From the NCBI GenBank assembly GCA_040218735.1, contig JAVJQW010000017.1, positions 128,001 through 192,000 of the forward strand: a stretch of DNA of 64,000 nucleotides. The letters run 5' to 3'. The stretch comes from Deltaproteobacteria bacterium (lineage in GTDB: Bacteria; Myxococcota; Kuafuiibacteriia; Kuafuiibacteriales; Kuafuiibacteriaceae). A model generated the notes under the pieces. That model did no database searches. It was not told the origin of the DNA and saw only the letters and a list, made by a program, of their open reading frames with translations. This document shows, piece by piece, positions 52,301 through 61,276 of the stretch; position 1 is the first letter of the stretch; each line of letters begins with the position of its first letter. Position numbers and translations under genes: made by a program.

Positions 52301-52532
52301 CGGCGTCGCGCACGGTGTAGATCGCAGCGAGATCGTAGGAGGCGTCGCCCGCGGGGACGAGGGTCGTGTCCGTCGGTAGACCGAAGACACCCGTGGAAGA
52401 GATCGGACGGATTTCGACGCGCGCTTGCGTCGGCGCGGCGAGGGCCGTCGACGCCGACGTGCTCACGGCGAGCGTCGTGAGGGCCGCGAGCCAGCCGCGG
52501 CGAAGTGATGGAATCGAGGACATCGGGAACAC
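49317..52532 (-). CDS. Large secreted serine hydrolase (beta-lactamase/AmpC-like) flanked by beta-rich repeat domains
   Basis: Signal peptide ...STALA; central SVGK (SxxK), YVN (YxN), GAGG, KNG; N- and C-terminal propeller-like repeats. Confidence 0.8.
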   Translation of the reverse strand: MFPMSSIPSLRRGWLAALTTLAVSTSASTALAAPTQARVEIRPISSTGVFGLPTDTTLVPAGDASYDLAAIYTVRDADYLIVMSGGSGEFTVLGLDDTGLSLGVVQQGEVEGTGWRGIGVGEEVSGPHLYLAKPADGKMLAYPIDKEGRVELASPKPLYTPALQHKNVFDVFDQGTPRQFALDTFSGGTAVQRPAFPWGLAGAETVSAGWSTADHIDVDGQVYRVLYKEAGDPYSSFGQSPTEEGRARIVAIDGSGLESVVKYDQVLWSGFQLARFVEVDVDTYGFLLYRRDGFTMLRAFDPFSTVVTGTVMSMTSTGFAYDEVLTYRRNGQTFMVGVELETDVDNSRKLTMDQMGRLAECVHDNLAHRAVGYQLSVSQGGKQILSRAHGHKRLAPGPLPMTRDSVINYGSVGKLMTTLTTLALDDRGDLNLNGSIAPQLAGSGYGSLAAWVTARTPYNLMTQTSGWTGATTPGCGENDALQVDCSDFFSTDAPLMCDPTPPPGRLECKRDYVNTNFTALRVLNQTTAGITTTPDLDQMIKELWLDEVVENGPSCLDDMESKYFQFCMDGDTCFPLGGETYTQADPNRVNGWSRNCGAGGWQGTADDMVAVLEALQGRGILSPANTDVMLDTGLLDLDGGATAVGFEPPYVARAGGDAVLGKNGAGATTSFATLLDGNAQAVLSINSKRGSPEADELFKYAFDFATGASPSCLPMMILSSRDDMTTSHDASEVAIDRLPASSRFVVATRGEADQMEVATYKRVGFGVVEDDWKVIGSGSGVEVLGISASRFVTVMRNVKGDLSLSSYRVDPLGNITLKDTDGGFPVSLAKLAKIPGGVDAELVTAAITPAGNLKVTAWDIALNDTLVERGSYVSPDTFLEASATGSSTNGRVVIATRTSTGRVRPLVFDISPDGLTVSRVATAQNQASPPGFDVRVVHVQKEDFTSFYVTAYRTAGDDMDQTSWQITPAGTSIVPIVTRQGGAITRLGDLPRSVMRPYYIVPLIDTSNRARPMGYKITQSSIDTADQPAIGTASDVATLFQFANGRHWSTAAMVTDGKLRIVNVETMTEAP

Positions 52533-52587
52533 TCCTTGGCGCCACGTTGGGTGTGGCTGCCTCGTGAGTGCGCCGCGTCGACCTCGC

Positions 52588-53973
52588 TTATTCGGCGTTC
52601 TGCAGGGACGCCATCGTGAACAGCTCCGGCCACACGTCCACGCCGCACGGCAGGTCCTCGCACCAGTCGAAGAAGCGGTTCACCATCTCGCGTCCGACGA
52701 GGATCGATCCGTGCTGCGGCGCGATCGTCTCCACGTCGAGCTGCCGCGCCGCCCTCGCCCACGCCCGCAGCGCGGCGCCCGTCGCGATGTAGCGCCGGTG
52801 GAAGCCGGCCATGTGCTCGACGTGCGCGTCGAAGTCCCTCACGACCGGGTCTTCCGTTCCCATCGACGCGCCGACGTCACCGGAGAAGAGGACCTTCGAC
52901 GTCGGGTCGTAGACGTGAAAGTTGCCGGGGGAGTGGAGGAAGTGCGCCGGGACGAGGATGAGTTTGGCGTCGCCGAGCTTCAGCACCATGCCTTCGTCCG
53001 GGATGGGGTGCAGCCGACTCTCGAGGAGGCGATCGATCCCGAAGTGCGGCAGGAACCGAACCCACAGGCGCGACACGTAGGCGTCGGCGTCGGTGTCCAT
53101 CAGCCACGCGTTGAGCGACGTGCCGATGTCCGGGTCCTGGTGGGACAGGAAGATGTGATCGAGGCGCCCCTTGCCGAGCCTCAACATCGTCTCCGCGTAG
53201 ACGTCCGGGTAGACCTTCGGCCCTCCGGGATCGAGGACCATGCCGTGGCCGTCGTGCACGATCAGGAACTGGTTCGCCTGCACCGCGAGGCCGCGTCCGA
53301 AGTCGTGCAGCCACACGTTGCTGTGCACGCCGTCGTCGTACAGGGACGCGCCCGCTTCGAGGTTCTCGAACGCGACGACGGAGCGACGCTCCGGTTCGTC
53401 CGAGAGCGTCCGCGCGTCGATGAACGACGGCTCCGCCGGCTCCTCGGGCTCGGGCGGAGGCGACTTCACGAGCGCCGCCAGCGCCTCGCGATCGCCGGCG
53501 GCGGACAGGTCCGCCTCCACGTTCGCGAGCTGCGCGCAGAGCACCTCGTCCTGGTCCTCGCGGAGCGCGCGTTCCACGAACGGGAAGAGGATCTCGTCCT
53601 CCTTGTCGACGTGTGCGCGGACCAGCGCGACGTAGTGGGTCGCGCTGTCGTGTAACAGCGCGCTCGCCGAAGGATCCCCCTCCGCCGCCTCCGGCAGGGC
53701 GCGTACCGCCGCCTTGAGGTACGCGCGCGCCATGAAGTGCTCCTTCGTCATCGCCTCCAACGCGCCGTGCACCATCTCGCGCAGCTCACCGCGCACCACG
53801 GGGAAGAGGACCTCCTCCTCCTTCTGCTGGTGCACACCGTCGACGAAGCGTTCGAGGAGGGTGAGGAGGCGCTCGATCTCGGCGTACGCCGGCGGTGCAA
53901 TCGCGAGCTCGAGGCGGTCGAGCGCCGAGCGGATGAGCACGTGCTCGTCGCGGAGCACATCGAAGGCCTTCAT
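52588..53973 (-). CDS. Hemerythrin-like (HHE) domain fused to an ODP-type metallo-beta-lactamase-fold domain
   Basis: N: DEHVLI, HQQKEEEVLFP, EHFMAR, HVDKEDEILFP. C: QANQFLI, LDPGG, SHQDPDI, LWVRFLPHF, AHFLHSPGNF, SGDVG, APQHG. Confidence 0.85.
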   Translation of the reverse strand: MKAFDVLRDEHVLIRSALDRLELAIAPPAYAEIERLLTLLERFVDGVHQQKEEEVLFPVVRGELREMVHGALEAMTKEHFMARAYLKAAVRALPEAAEGDPSASALLHDSATHYVALVRAHVDKEDEILFPFVERALREDQDEVLCAQLANVEADLSAAGDREALAALVKSPPPEPEEPAEPSFIDARTLSDEPERRSVVAFENLEAGASLYDDGVHSNVWLHDFGRGLAVQANQFLIVHDGHGMVLDPGGPKVYPDVYAETMLRLGKGRLDHIFLSHQDPDIGTSLNAWLMDTDADAYVSRLWVRFLPHFGIDRLLESRLHPIPDEGMVLKLGDAKLILVPAHFLHSPGNFHVYDPTSKVLFSGDVGASMGTEDPVVRDFDAHVEHMAGFHRRYIATGAALRAWARAARQLDVETIAPQHGSILVGREMVNRFFDWCEDLPCGVDVWPELFTMASLQNAE

Positions 53974-54071
53974 GGGCGCGATGGGATCCAAGCCACGTGC
54001 CGCGGCACACGCCGACGAATCCCGCGCGGGTCCGTTACGAGGTCGTGATCAGGAGCTACGCGGCGGTAACG

Positions 54072-54935
54072 TCAGTGGACGTACGCGAGCTTCTGCCCGG
54101 TGAGCTTGCGGTAGGGGACGGCGAGGCGCGCGCGGAGCTTCTTCTTCACGTCGACCTCGATCTGCCGAATGCGCTCGCGCGACAGGTTGTACTTCTCGCC
54201 GAGCTCCGCGAGGGAGGCTTCTTCACCTTCGTCGGCGAGGAGGCGCTGCTGCAGGATGTCGCGCTCACGCGGTCCGAGCTTCGACGACTCGCGCTCGAGG
54301 AGCGCGGCGTAGCTCGACCACAGCTGCGCGCGCTCGACGCGCTCCTCCTGCGTGGCGTCTTCGTCCGGGATGCGATCGAGCCACGCGGTGGACCGCTCGT
54401 CGGCGCCCTCGGCGTTGAGGGATGCGTCGGTCGAGCTCACGCGCGTGACGAGCGCGGACGCCTCGTCCTCGGTGATGCCGTACTCCTCGGCGAGGCGTTC
54501 GAGGGCGTCGCCCTCACCGACGAGGCCGACCCACCGCGCGTGGTCGCGGCGCACCTTGAAGAAGGTGTCGGTCTCCAGCGCGCGACCGCCGACGCGGACG
54601 ATGCTTCGGCCGCGCAGCATCTCGCGCACGACGTAGGCGCGGACCCAGTGCTCGGCGTAGGTGGCGAAGCGGAGGCCACGCTCCGGCTCGAACTTCGCGA
54701 GGGCGTGGACGAGGCCGAGGTTACCGGCGGCGATGAGATCCGACATCGACGCGCCGTAGCCGCGATAACGCATCGCGACGTGTACGACCTGCTTGAGGTG
54801 CGCGCGGGCGAGTCGTTCCGCCGCGCGCTTGGAACCGCTCGCTTTGTAGAGGGTGGTCAACTCCAACTCCTCCTCGCGGCTCAGGCGAGGTGTGGCGAGC
54901 GCGCTCGCAATGTAGTGCGACGTCGACGATCCCAT
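54072..54935 (-). CDS. RpoH (sigma-32)-like RNA polymerase sigma factor
   Basis: ATG at 54935 after AAGGAGGT; DLIAAGNLGL, KFEPERGLRFATYAEHWVRA, SRERIRQIE; RpoH-box-like TFFKVRR. Confidence 0.88.
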   Translation of the reverse strand: MGSSTSHYIASALATPRLSREEELELTTLYKASGSKRAAERLARAHLKQVVHVAMRYRGYGASMSDLIAAGNLGLVHALAKFEPERGLRFATYAEHWVRAYVVREMLRGRSIVRVGGRALETDTFFKVRRDHARWVGLVGEGDALERLAEEYGITEDEASALVTRVSSTDASLNAEGADERSTAWLDRIPDEDATQEERVERAQLWSSYAALLERESSKLGPRERDILQQRLLADEGEEASLAELGEKYNLSRERIRQIEVDVKKKLRARLAVPYRKLTGQKLAYVH

Positions 54936-55087
54936 CGGCCACCTCCTTCGGTCGTCAGGATGTGACGTTCGAGGTGAGACCACACGCGATACTTTTTCAT
55001 GGTGAGCATGAGCGCTGCACATGCCGCCCGTGAATCGACCGCGCGCGGCACTTGACGCCCTTTGTACCCGCCGATGACATGCGCAAC

Positions 55088-56746
55088 ATGAGCGACGCGC
55101 CCGTGATTCACCCCCCGACCGGAACGAACCTGAGCTGCAAAGGGTGGGTGCAGGAAGCCGCATTCCGGATGATCCAACACAATCTGGATCCCGACGTCGC
55201 GGAGCGCCCGGAGGACCTCGTCGTGTACGGAGGCACCGGACGCGCGGCGCGCGACTGGCCGAGCTTTCATCGAATCCTCGACGCGCTGAAGGACCTCGAG
55301 AGCGACGAGACGCTGCTCGTCCAGAGCGGCAAGCCGGTCGGTGTCTTTCGCTCGCATGAAGACGCGCCGCGCGTGTTGATCGCGAACTCGAACCTCGTCG
55401 GGAAGTGGGCCAACTGGGAGTACTTCCGCGAGCTCGAGAAGCAGGGCCTGATCATGTACGGGCAGATGACGGCCGGCTCGTGGATCTACATCGGCACGCA
55501 AGGCATCTTGCAAGGCACCTACGAGACGTTCGCCGCCGCCGGTCGCAAACACTTCGGATCCGATGACCTGTCCGGGCGCTTCATCCTCTCCGGCGGGCTC
55601 GGCGGCATGGGCGGCGCGCAGCCGCTCGCGGCGACGATGCTCGGCGCGGCGTACCTCGGCATCGACGTCGACCCGCACCGGATCCAGCGGCGCCTCGAGA
55701 CACGCTACCTCGACGAGGTCGCGGATGACCTCGACGACGCGCTCGCGCGGATCGACAAGGCCCGCGCCGACAAACGCGCGCTCTCCGTCGGGCTGTGCGC
55801 CAACGCCGCGGACGTGTACCCCGAGCTGCTGAAGCGCGGCGTCATCCCGGACCTCGTGACCGACCAGACCAGCGCACACGATCCACTGAATGGATACGTG
55901 CCGAACGGCAAGTCGTTCGAAGAGGCGCTCGCGTGGCGTGACTCCGATCCGACGGGTTACTCGGATGCGTCGAAGGCCGCGATGGCGACGCAGGTCGAGG
56001 CGATGGTCGAGCTCGGCAAGAAGGGCGCGCACGTCTTCGACTACGGCAACAACATCCGCGCGTTCGCGCAGGAGGCGGGCTACGCCGACGCGTTCAGGTT
56101 CCCGGGCTTCGTGCCCGCGTATATCCGCCCGCTGTTCTGCGAGGGTCAGGGCCCGTTCAGGTGGGTCGCGCTCTCCGGCGATCCCGCGGACATCACCGCG
56201 ACCGAGGAAGCGCTCCTCGAAGCGGTCCCCGACGTGCCGCACCTCCGCCGGTGGATCGAGCTGGCGCGCGAGCGTGTGCAGTTCCAGGGCTTGCCGTCGC
56301 GCATCTGCTGGCTCGGGATGGGGCAGCGCGCCCGCGTCGGCCTCGCGTTCAACGAGCTCGTGCGCTCCGGGAAGGTGAAGGCGCCGATCGTGATCGGCCG
56401 CGACCACCTCGACTGCGGCAGCGTCGCTTCGCCGAACCGCGAGACCGAGGGGATGAAGGACGGCAGCGACGCGATCGCGGACTGGCCGATCCTCAACGCG
56501 ATGATCAACGCCGTGAACGGCGCCTCGTGGGTGTCGTTCCACCACGGCGGCGGCGTGGGGATCGGGTACTCGCTGCACGCCGGAATGGTGATCGTCGCCG
56601 ACGGCACCGACGCCGCGGCGCGACGCCTCGAGCGTGTGTTGACTTCGGATCCGGGCATGGGGGTCATCCGGCACGTCGACGCCGGCTACGACGAGGCGAA
56701 GGCGTGCGCGGAGCGCACCGGCGTGAAGATCCCCTCGGCGCGTTGA
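55088..56746 (+). CDS. hutU: Urocanate hydratase
   Basis: [64 protein letters not shown]. Confidence 0.98.
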   Translation: MSDAPVIHPPTGTNLSCKGWVQEAAFRMIQHNLDPDVAERPEDLVVYGGTGRAARDWPSFHRILDALKDLESDETLLVQSGKPVGVFRSHEDAPRVLIANSNLVGKWANWEYFRELEKQGLIMYGQMTAGSWIYIGTQGILQGTYETFAAAGRKHFGSDDLSGRFILSGGLGGMGGAQPLAATMLGAAYLGIDVDPHRIQRRLETRYLDEVADDLDDALARIDKARADKRALSVGLCANAADVYPELLKRGVIPDLVTDQTSAHDPLNGYVPNGKSFEEALAWRDSDPTGYSDASKAAMATQVEAMVELGKKGAHVFDYGNNIRAFAQEAGYADAFRFPGFVPAYIRPLFCEGQGPFRWVALSGDPADITATEEALLEAVPDVPHLRRWIELARERVQFQGLPSRICWLGMGQRARVGLAFNELVRSGKVKAPIVIGRDHLDCGSVASPNRETEGMKDGSDAIADWPILNAMINAVNGASWVSFHHGGGVGIGYSLHAGMVIVADGTDAAARRLERVLTSDPGMGVIRHVDAGYDEAKACAERTGVKIPSAR

Positions 56747-56748
56747 GC

Positions 56749-57666
56749 GTGCGGGTGCTGCTGCTCGCGCTCCTGGCCGCGGGCTGCACGAAGACGCCGA
56801 AGACGTGCGGCCCCGACGTCTACGGCGTCGCCGCCTACGACGCGCTCCTCGGGGTCACCTACGACGGCGGACCGGCGCTCTACGCGACGAACGTGGCGGG
56901 GTTGCTCGCGGGCGAAGGCGCCGCGCTGGCGACCGCGCTCGAGGCGGCGGCCCAGGTACATCCGAATCCACTGAATGGACCCGCGCGCGTCGCGCTGCAG
57001 AACGACGTGTGGGGCGTGCTGCAACGTGTGGCCGCCCACGAGACCTCGTCGTCGACGAAGGCGGCGATCCTGGCGAGCGCGCACGCGCTGGTGCAGCGGC
57101 TCGCGCTGCCGGCCTCCGTCCTCGAATCGATGGACGGGACCGCGGCGCCGAAGACGATCGCCCGGTTCCTCCCGGGCTTCGAGGAGCACGACACGGAGCA
57201 CGTCGTGCTCGGACACGAACACCTCTACGGGCTGCGCCGGCTGTTTCGGATCTACGTCGACGGCGATCACGTCGCGTTGGTCGGGCAGCTGGTCGCCATG
57301 GACACCGAAGCGCGGCCACACCTCACGAACGTGTTGTCGGAGATCGAGCGGCTCGACTTCGAGGTCACGGCGCCGGCCGAGCCGCGCGCGGTGGAGCTGG
57401 TGCGCGCCCGGGTGTTCGAGCTCGATCGTCGGCGCCTGCGGTGCCGAGGTGAGGGCCTCGTGGAAGTGGGCCATGTGCCGCACGTCCCGGGGCTCGGCGC
57501 GAACGGCTTCCTGGCGCGCTTCGGCGCGTCGCAGGATCTCGCTTCTTTGCCCTGCGCGTCGTGCCACGACGACGGCAACCGGATGTCCCTGCCGATCCCC
57601 GGAAATTCCGCCACGCGGCACCGGCGGCTCCTCGGGGAGCTCGCCGACGCTTACCCCGAAAAGTGA
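56749..57666 (+). CDS. Lipoprotein with a single C-terminal CxxCH motif (possible c-type cytochrome)
   Basis: GTG 2 nt after the hutU stop; lipobox AAGC; CASCH near the C-terminus. Confidence 0.65.
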   Translation: MRVLLLALLAAGCTKTPKTCGPDVYGVAAYDALLGVTYDGGPALYATNVAGLLAGEGAALATALEAAAQVHPNPLNGPARVALQNDVWGVLQRVAAHETSSSTKAAILASAHALVQRLALPASVLESMDGTAAPKTIARFLPGFEEHDTEHVVLGHEHLYGLRRLFRIYVDGDHVALVGQLVAMDTEARPHLTNVLSEIERLDFEVTAPAEPRAVELVRARVFELDRRRLRCRGEGLVEVGHVPHVPGLGANGFLARFGASQDLASLPCASCHDDGNRMSLPIPGNSATRHRRLLGELADAYPEK

Positions 57667-57693
57667 GGACGATCGGCGGCCGGATCGCGTAGG

Positions 57694-58020
57694 ATGTTCG
57701 CGATGCCTGGCATGATCGACATGGTCCCGGGCCCCGACGGGGTCTTCAGGATGAAGGAACCCGGTACGGCGCTCGCTCGGGTCGCGAACCCATCGACCGT
57801 CAGCACCGCACGCGCGACGGCAGGAGCCGGCGGGCGCGCCGCCGCCTCGGGCCTCGGGGGCTTCCTCCGGAGCGCCGTCAGCTGGGTCGCGCGCCTGTCG
57901 ACGCCGGGGAAGATCCTCCTCGCGGGCGCGGCGATCATCGGGGTCTCCAAGCTCGCCAACCGCGACGCACCGCAGGCCGCCCATCTCGCGGGTGCCTACC
58001 CGACGATGCCCTACGTATGA
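57694..58020 (+). CDS. Small hypothetical membrane protein
   Basis: 108 aa, one hydrophobic helix (ILLAGAAIIGV); ATGA-coupled to the next gene. Confidence 0.6.
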   Translation: MFAMPGMIDMVPGPDGVFRMKEPGTALARVANPSTVSTARATAGAGGRAAASGLGGFLRSAVSWVARLSTPGKILLAGAAIIGVSKLANRDAPQAAHLAGAYPTMPYV

Positions 58021-58475
58021 GCCACGAAGTCACCGAAGAGCAGCTCGCGAACGTTCACCCGTTTGCGATGTGGGTCATCGACCAGCTCGACCTGCGCAAG
58101 GGCCAGCCCGACGAAGTCTTCACCGACGAAGACGTGCTGGAGCTCGCGAAGGGCCTCGAGAACCTCCTCGGTGACGAAGAGCTCCGACTCGCCGTCGTCT
58201 CGCTCCTCAACCTCGCCGCCACCCTCCAGACCAACGGATCGCCGAAGACGGCCAGGAAGTTGTACGACCTGGTAGAGCGACCGAAGGTGCTCGACGCGCT
58301 GAAGGCGCTCAACGCCTCACGCGGCGAGCAGAGCGAACGTGAAAAGATCGAGGGACAGCGCAAGTTCGAGAAGATGTCGGGGAGCGGCGACAAACCCAAA
58401 CCCGCGGCGGTCGGCGAGGAACGCCCGAAGGACACCGTCACGCTCGACAAGCTCCAGTTTCCGCGACGTTTGTGA
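58017..58475 (+). CDS. Hypothetical protein
   Basis: 152 aa, natural composition, coupled to the upstream ORF. Confidence 0.7.
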   Translation: MSHEVTEEQLANVHPFAMWVIDQLDLRKGQPDEVFTDEDVLELAKGLENLLGDEELRLAVVSLLNLAATLQTNGSPKTARKLYDLVERPKVLDALKALNASRGEQSEREKIEGQRKFEKMSGSGDKPKPAAVGEERPKDTVTLDKLQFPRRL

Positions 58476-58521
58476 CGCGCGCCGCTGTCCTCCCGGCCCT
58501 GGAATACGCACAATCGACGCC

Positions 58522-59883
58522 GTGAGGTTCGTAGCACCGTGGGCGCTCCTGCTGGTCGCCGGTTGCACGGCGGACGTCGGTGAGTTGTGCGGCGGACCGC
58601 TACACGAAGTCACCGAGCCGGTCGTCGTCCCGCGGTCGGCCGACGTCCTGTTCGTCGTCGACAACTCACGGTCGATGGCCGAGGAGCAAGAAGCGCTCGC
58701 GCGCAGCTTCGGTCGTTTCATCGACGCCGTCGCGGGCTCGGGTGAGTACCGCATCGGCGTCATCTCCACCGACATGTCGTTCGACTTCGACGACGAGGGC
58801 GAGGTCGGCGGCTACTCGGAGTTCATCTACGACGTGCGTCACCCGCACGGGATCGTCGGCGTCGACGATCAGCAGTGCGCGCCCCTCGTTCCCCGCACCG
58901 AGCACGGTTGTTTCCGCGGGCGCGGGGCGGAGCGCTTCGTCGACTCCACGATGGGGGATCGCAACGCTCAGATCGCGCGCTTCGCCCAGAACGTTCGCGT
59001 GGGGACGTGCGGCTCCGGCTTCGAGCTCGCGTTCCAGGCGCTCATCCGCGCGCTCGACGAACGCGAAGGCTGCAACCAAGGTTTCTTCCGCGAGGATGCG
59101 AACCTCGTGATCATCTTCGTCTCCGACGAGGACGACAACGGCCAAGAGCCCATCGCGCTCTACGCGGAGGAGCTCGAGCGCCGGGTCGACCTGAGGCGCA
59201 CGCGCATCGCCTCCGTTATCGGCGCGGTCGACGGCGAGGCGAGCTACTGCAACCCCGACACGGCCGAGGTGTGCGGCGACTTCTGCGCCGAGCTGAACCC
59301 GAACGGCTCGGGCTTCCCGTGTTCGTTCGCCACCTCGGGGACGTGCCCGTTCGGCGAGATCTGTCTGCCGATGGGCGCGGGGCAGGAGCCTCGCTGTGTG
59401 TTCGACGACGAAGGCGCGACGTTCTGCGCGAGCTGCTCGCGTTTCATGACCGACGGGTGCTGCTCCGCCGAGCCGGGCCGTCGCTACGTCGAGCTCGCGC
59501 GAGAGATCGAGCGCCGCACCGTCGCCGCGAACCCGGAGCTCGTCGCGACGGGGTGCTCGGGCGGCACGGACTCCCTGTGCCTCGTCGACACCATCTGCGC
59601 GACGGACTTCGGCGACACCCTCGCCCGCATCGCGCGCGACCTCGTCGCGTCAACGGACTACACGCTCATCCCGCCCGTCGAAGGACCGCGGCGCATGGTC
59701 GTAGACCTCGTCGGCCCGCGCTTCGACGACGGCGAGCGCCGCCTGCAGATCGACACGGACTACCGCCTCAGCGACGACGGCTCGATCGTCTCGATCCTCA
59801 TCCCGACCGAGCCGGAGGACACCGTCCGCATCCGCTACCGCAACTCGATCGACATCCCCGGCAAGAACTGCCTCCCGAACTGA
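58522..59883 (+). CDS. Cys-rich vWA-domain lipoprotein (CglB-like architecture)
   Basis: Lipobox VAGC; MIDAS DVLFVVDNSRSM; YRIGVISTD; GSGFE; FFREDANLVIIFVSDEDD. Confidence 0.85.
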   Translation: MRFVAPWALLLVAGCTADVGELCGGPLHEVTEPVVVPRSADVLFVVDNSRSMAEEQEALARSFGRFIDAVAGSGEYRIGVISTDMSFDFDDEGEVGGYSEFIYDVRHPHGIVGVDDQQCAPLVPRTEHGCFRGRGAERFVDSTMGDRNAQIARFAQNVRVGTCGSGFELAFQALIRALDEREGCNQGFFREDANLVIIFVSDEDDNGQEPIALYAEELERRVDLRRTRIASVIGAVDGEASYCNPDTAEVCGDFCAELNPNGSGFPCSFATSGTCPFGEICLPMGAGQEPRCVFDDEGATFCASCSRFMTDGCCSAEPGRRYVELAREIERRTVAANPELVATGCSGGTDSLCLVDTICATDFGDTLARIARDLVASTDYTLIPPVEGPRRMVVDLVGPRFDDGERRLQIDTDYRLSDDGSIVSILIPTEPEDTVRIRYRNSIDIPGKNCLPN

Positions 59884-59902
59884 CGCACACCGACGACCGC
59901 CG

Positions 59903-61129
59903 TCAGTTGCAGACCTCGATCGCCTCGACGGTCGCGTAGCCGCTCGCCGGGATGCCGTTGATCACCGCGGCGTAGTTGTAAGCGAGGACGCCGTCCTCGA
60001 AGGCGAGGGCGTGCGGCGGGAAGGCGAAGTCGCAGCACAGGCACGGCGCGACCACCCGGCTGACCTCGACCTCGCGGTCGAGGGGGAGCTTCGGGTTCCA
60101 GAGCCTCAGCGTGCCGCGGTTGTTGCCGCCGCAGAGCGCGTCGGGGTCGGCGTAGTGGATGTACGCGACGACGCCGTCATCGATGCGCGCGACGGAGATG
60201 ATCCCGCCGCCCCCGTCGCGCGTGAAGTACTCGCCGTCGATCGACACTTCGATGCGCCGGCCGAACTGCGGGTTGTCGCCGTTGCACGTCGCGACGACGT
60301 CGCCGTCCTGCGCGTCCGCGACGGCACAGTCGTCCCCGAACGCGAGCTCGATCGGCGCGCGTGTGTCGAGGTGGAAGCCCTGGACGCCGTCGCCCGTGAA
60401 GAAGATGCGGTCGCCGTCGAAGATCGGCGTCACGCCCGTGGAGGTCGGCGGCGTGGTGAAGAACGGGCGCGCGGCGCCGGCTTCGTACACGTCGATCGGG
60501 AGCCCTCGACCCGTGCGTTCGCCGAAGACGGCGATGCGACGTCCCCCGTAGACGGCAGCAAAGCCGCGGCCACGGTCGGTGATCGCCTGTGCACCGGTCT
60601 CGGGGGTCCACGCGAAGAGCGCGTCGGTCAGGAAGATGGCGCCGGTGCGGTCGATGAACTGGGGCTCGGCGCCACCCGTGTCGTAGGGCGTGAACGCATC
60701 GTTCGGGATCGCCGCGAAGCGCACCGAGGACTCGGCGCTCTCCCCGTAGTAGAGCGACACCCCCGACTCCGACCACGCGATCACGCCGTCGCGCGCGTCG
60801 AGGATCCGGCGCTCGCCGCCTTCGCTGACGAACGGTTGCTCTCGGCCGTCGTCCGCATCGATGACCGCGATCCCCTGCCCTGCCCTGTACTGCCGATGGA
60901 CGTAGACCTTCCGCGCGCTGACGTAGGCCGCGTCGAACCCGACGTCCTCGATGAAGTGCGACGCCGCGACATACCGATCCACGGCGCAGCTCGGCCCGGT
61001 CGGTCCGGTGGGGCCCGTCGGTCCGGTCGGCCCCGTCGGTCCGGTGGGCGCCTTCGTCGTGCTCTTCAGCAGGTCGGAGCGACCGCAGCCCGCGGCGAGG
61101 AGTAGAACGACGAGCCACCGAAACATCAT
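59903..61129 (-). CDS. Lipoprotein with (PTG)6 linker and beta-propeller-like body
   Basis: Lipobox AAGC (CGRS); repeat at 60995-61048; repeated beta-strand blades. Confidence 0.75.
   Translation of the reverse strand: MMFRWLVVLLLAAGCGRSDLLKSTTKAPTGPTGPTGPTGPTGPTGPSCAVDRYVAASHFIEDVGFDAAYVSARKVYVHRQYRAGQGIAVIDADDGREQPFVSEGGERRILDARDGVIAWSESGVSLYYGESAESSVRFAAIPNDAFTPYDTGGAEPQFIDRTGAIFLTDALFAWTPETGAQAITDRGRGFAAVYGGRRIAVFGERTGRGLPIDVYEAGAARPFFTTPPTSTGVTPIFDGDRIFFTGDGVQGFHLDTRAPIELAFGDDCAVADAQDGDVVATCNGDNPQFGRRIEVSIDGEYFTRDGGGGIISVARIDDGVVAYIHYADPDALCGGNNRGTLRLWNPKLPLDREVEVSRVVAPCLCCDFAFPPHALAFEDGVLAYNYAAVINGIPASGYATVEAIEVCN
60995..61048 (-). repeat. 9-nt coding tandem repeat, (Pro-Thr-Gly)x6
   Basis: CCN ACN GGN units with varied synonymous codons. 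Confidence 0.9.
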
Positions 61130-61276
61130 GTTCTAACTACCGCGTCGGCCGGCCATCCGGCACCCGGCCTTCATTCACGTAGGATCGTCGCGCCGATTCC
61201 TACACAAACGTCGCTCCCGTCGCCAAATCTCCAAGGCCCACCGTGTGCGTGCCACTTGCTCACGCGGGGCCCAACC

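Noticed and set aside
53987-54008. Palindrome GTGCCGCGGCAC and CGGCACG-N4-TTGG upstream of the hemerythrin-ODP gene as a sigma-54 site
   Set aside because: The invariant -12 GC reads GG, and GC-rich palindromes are expected by chance at this composition.
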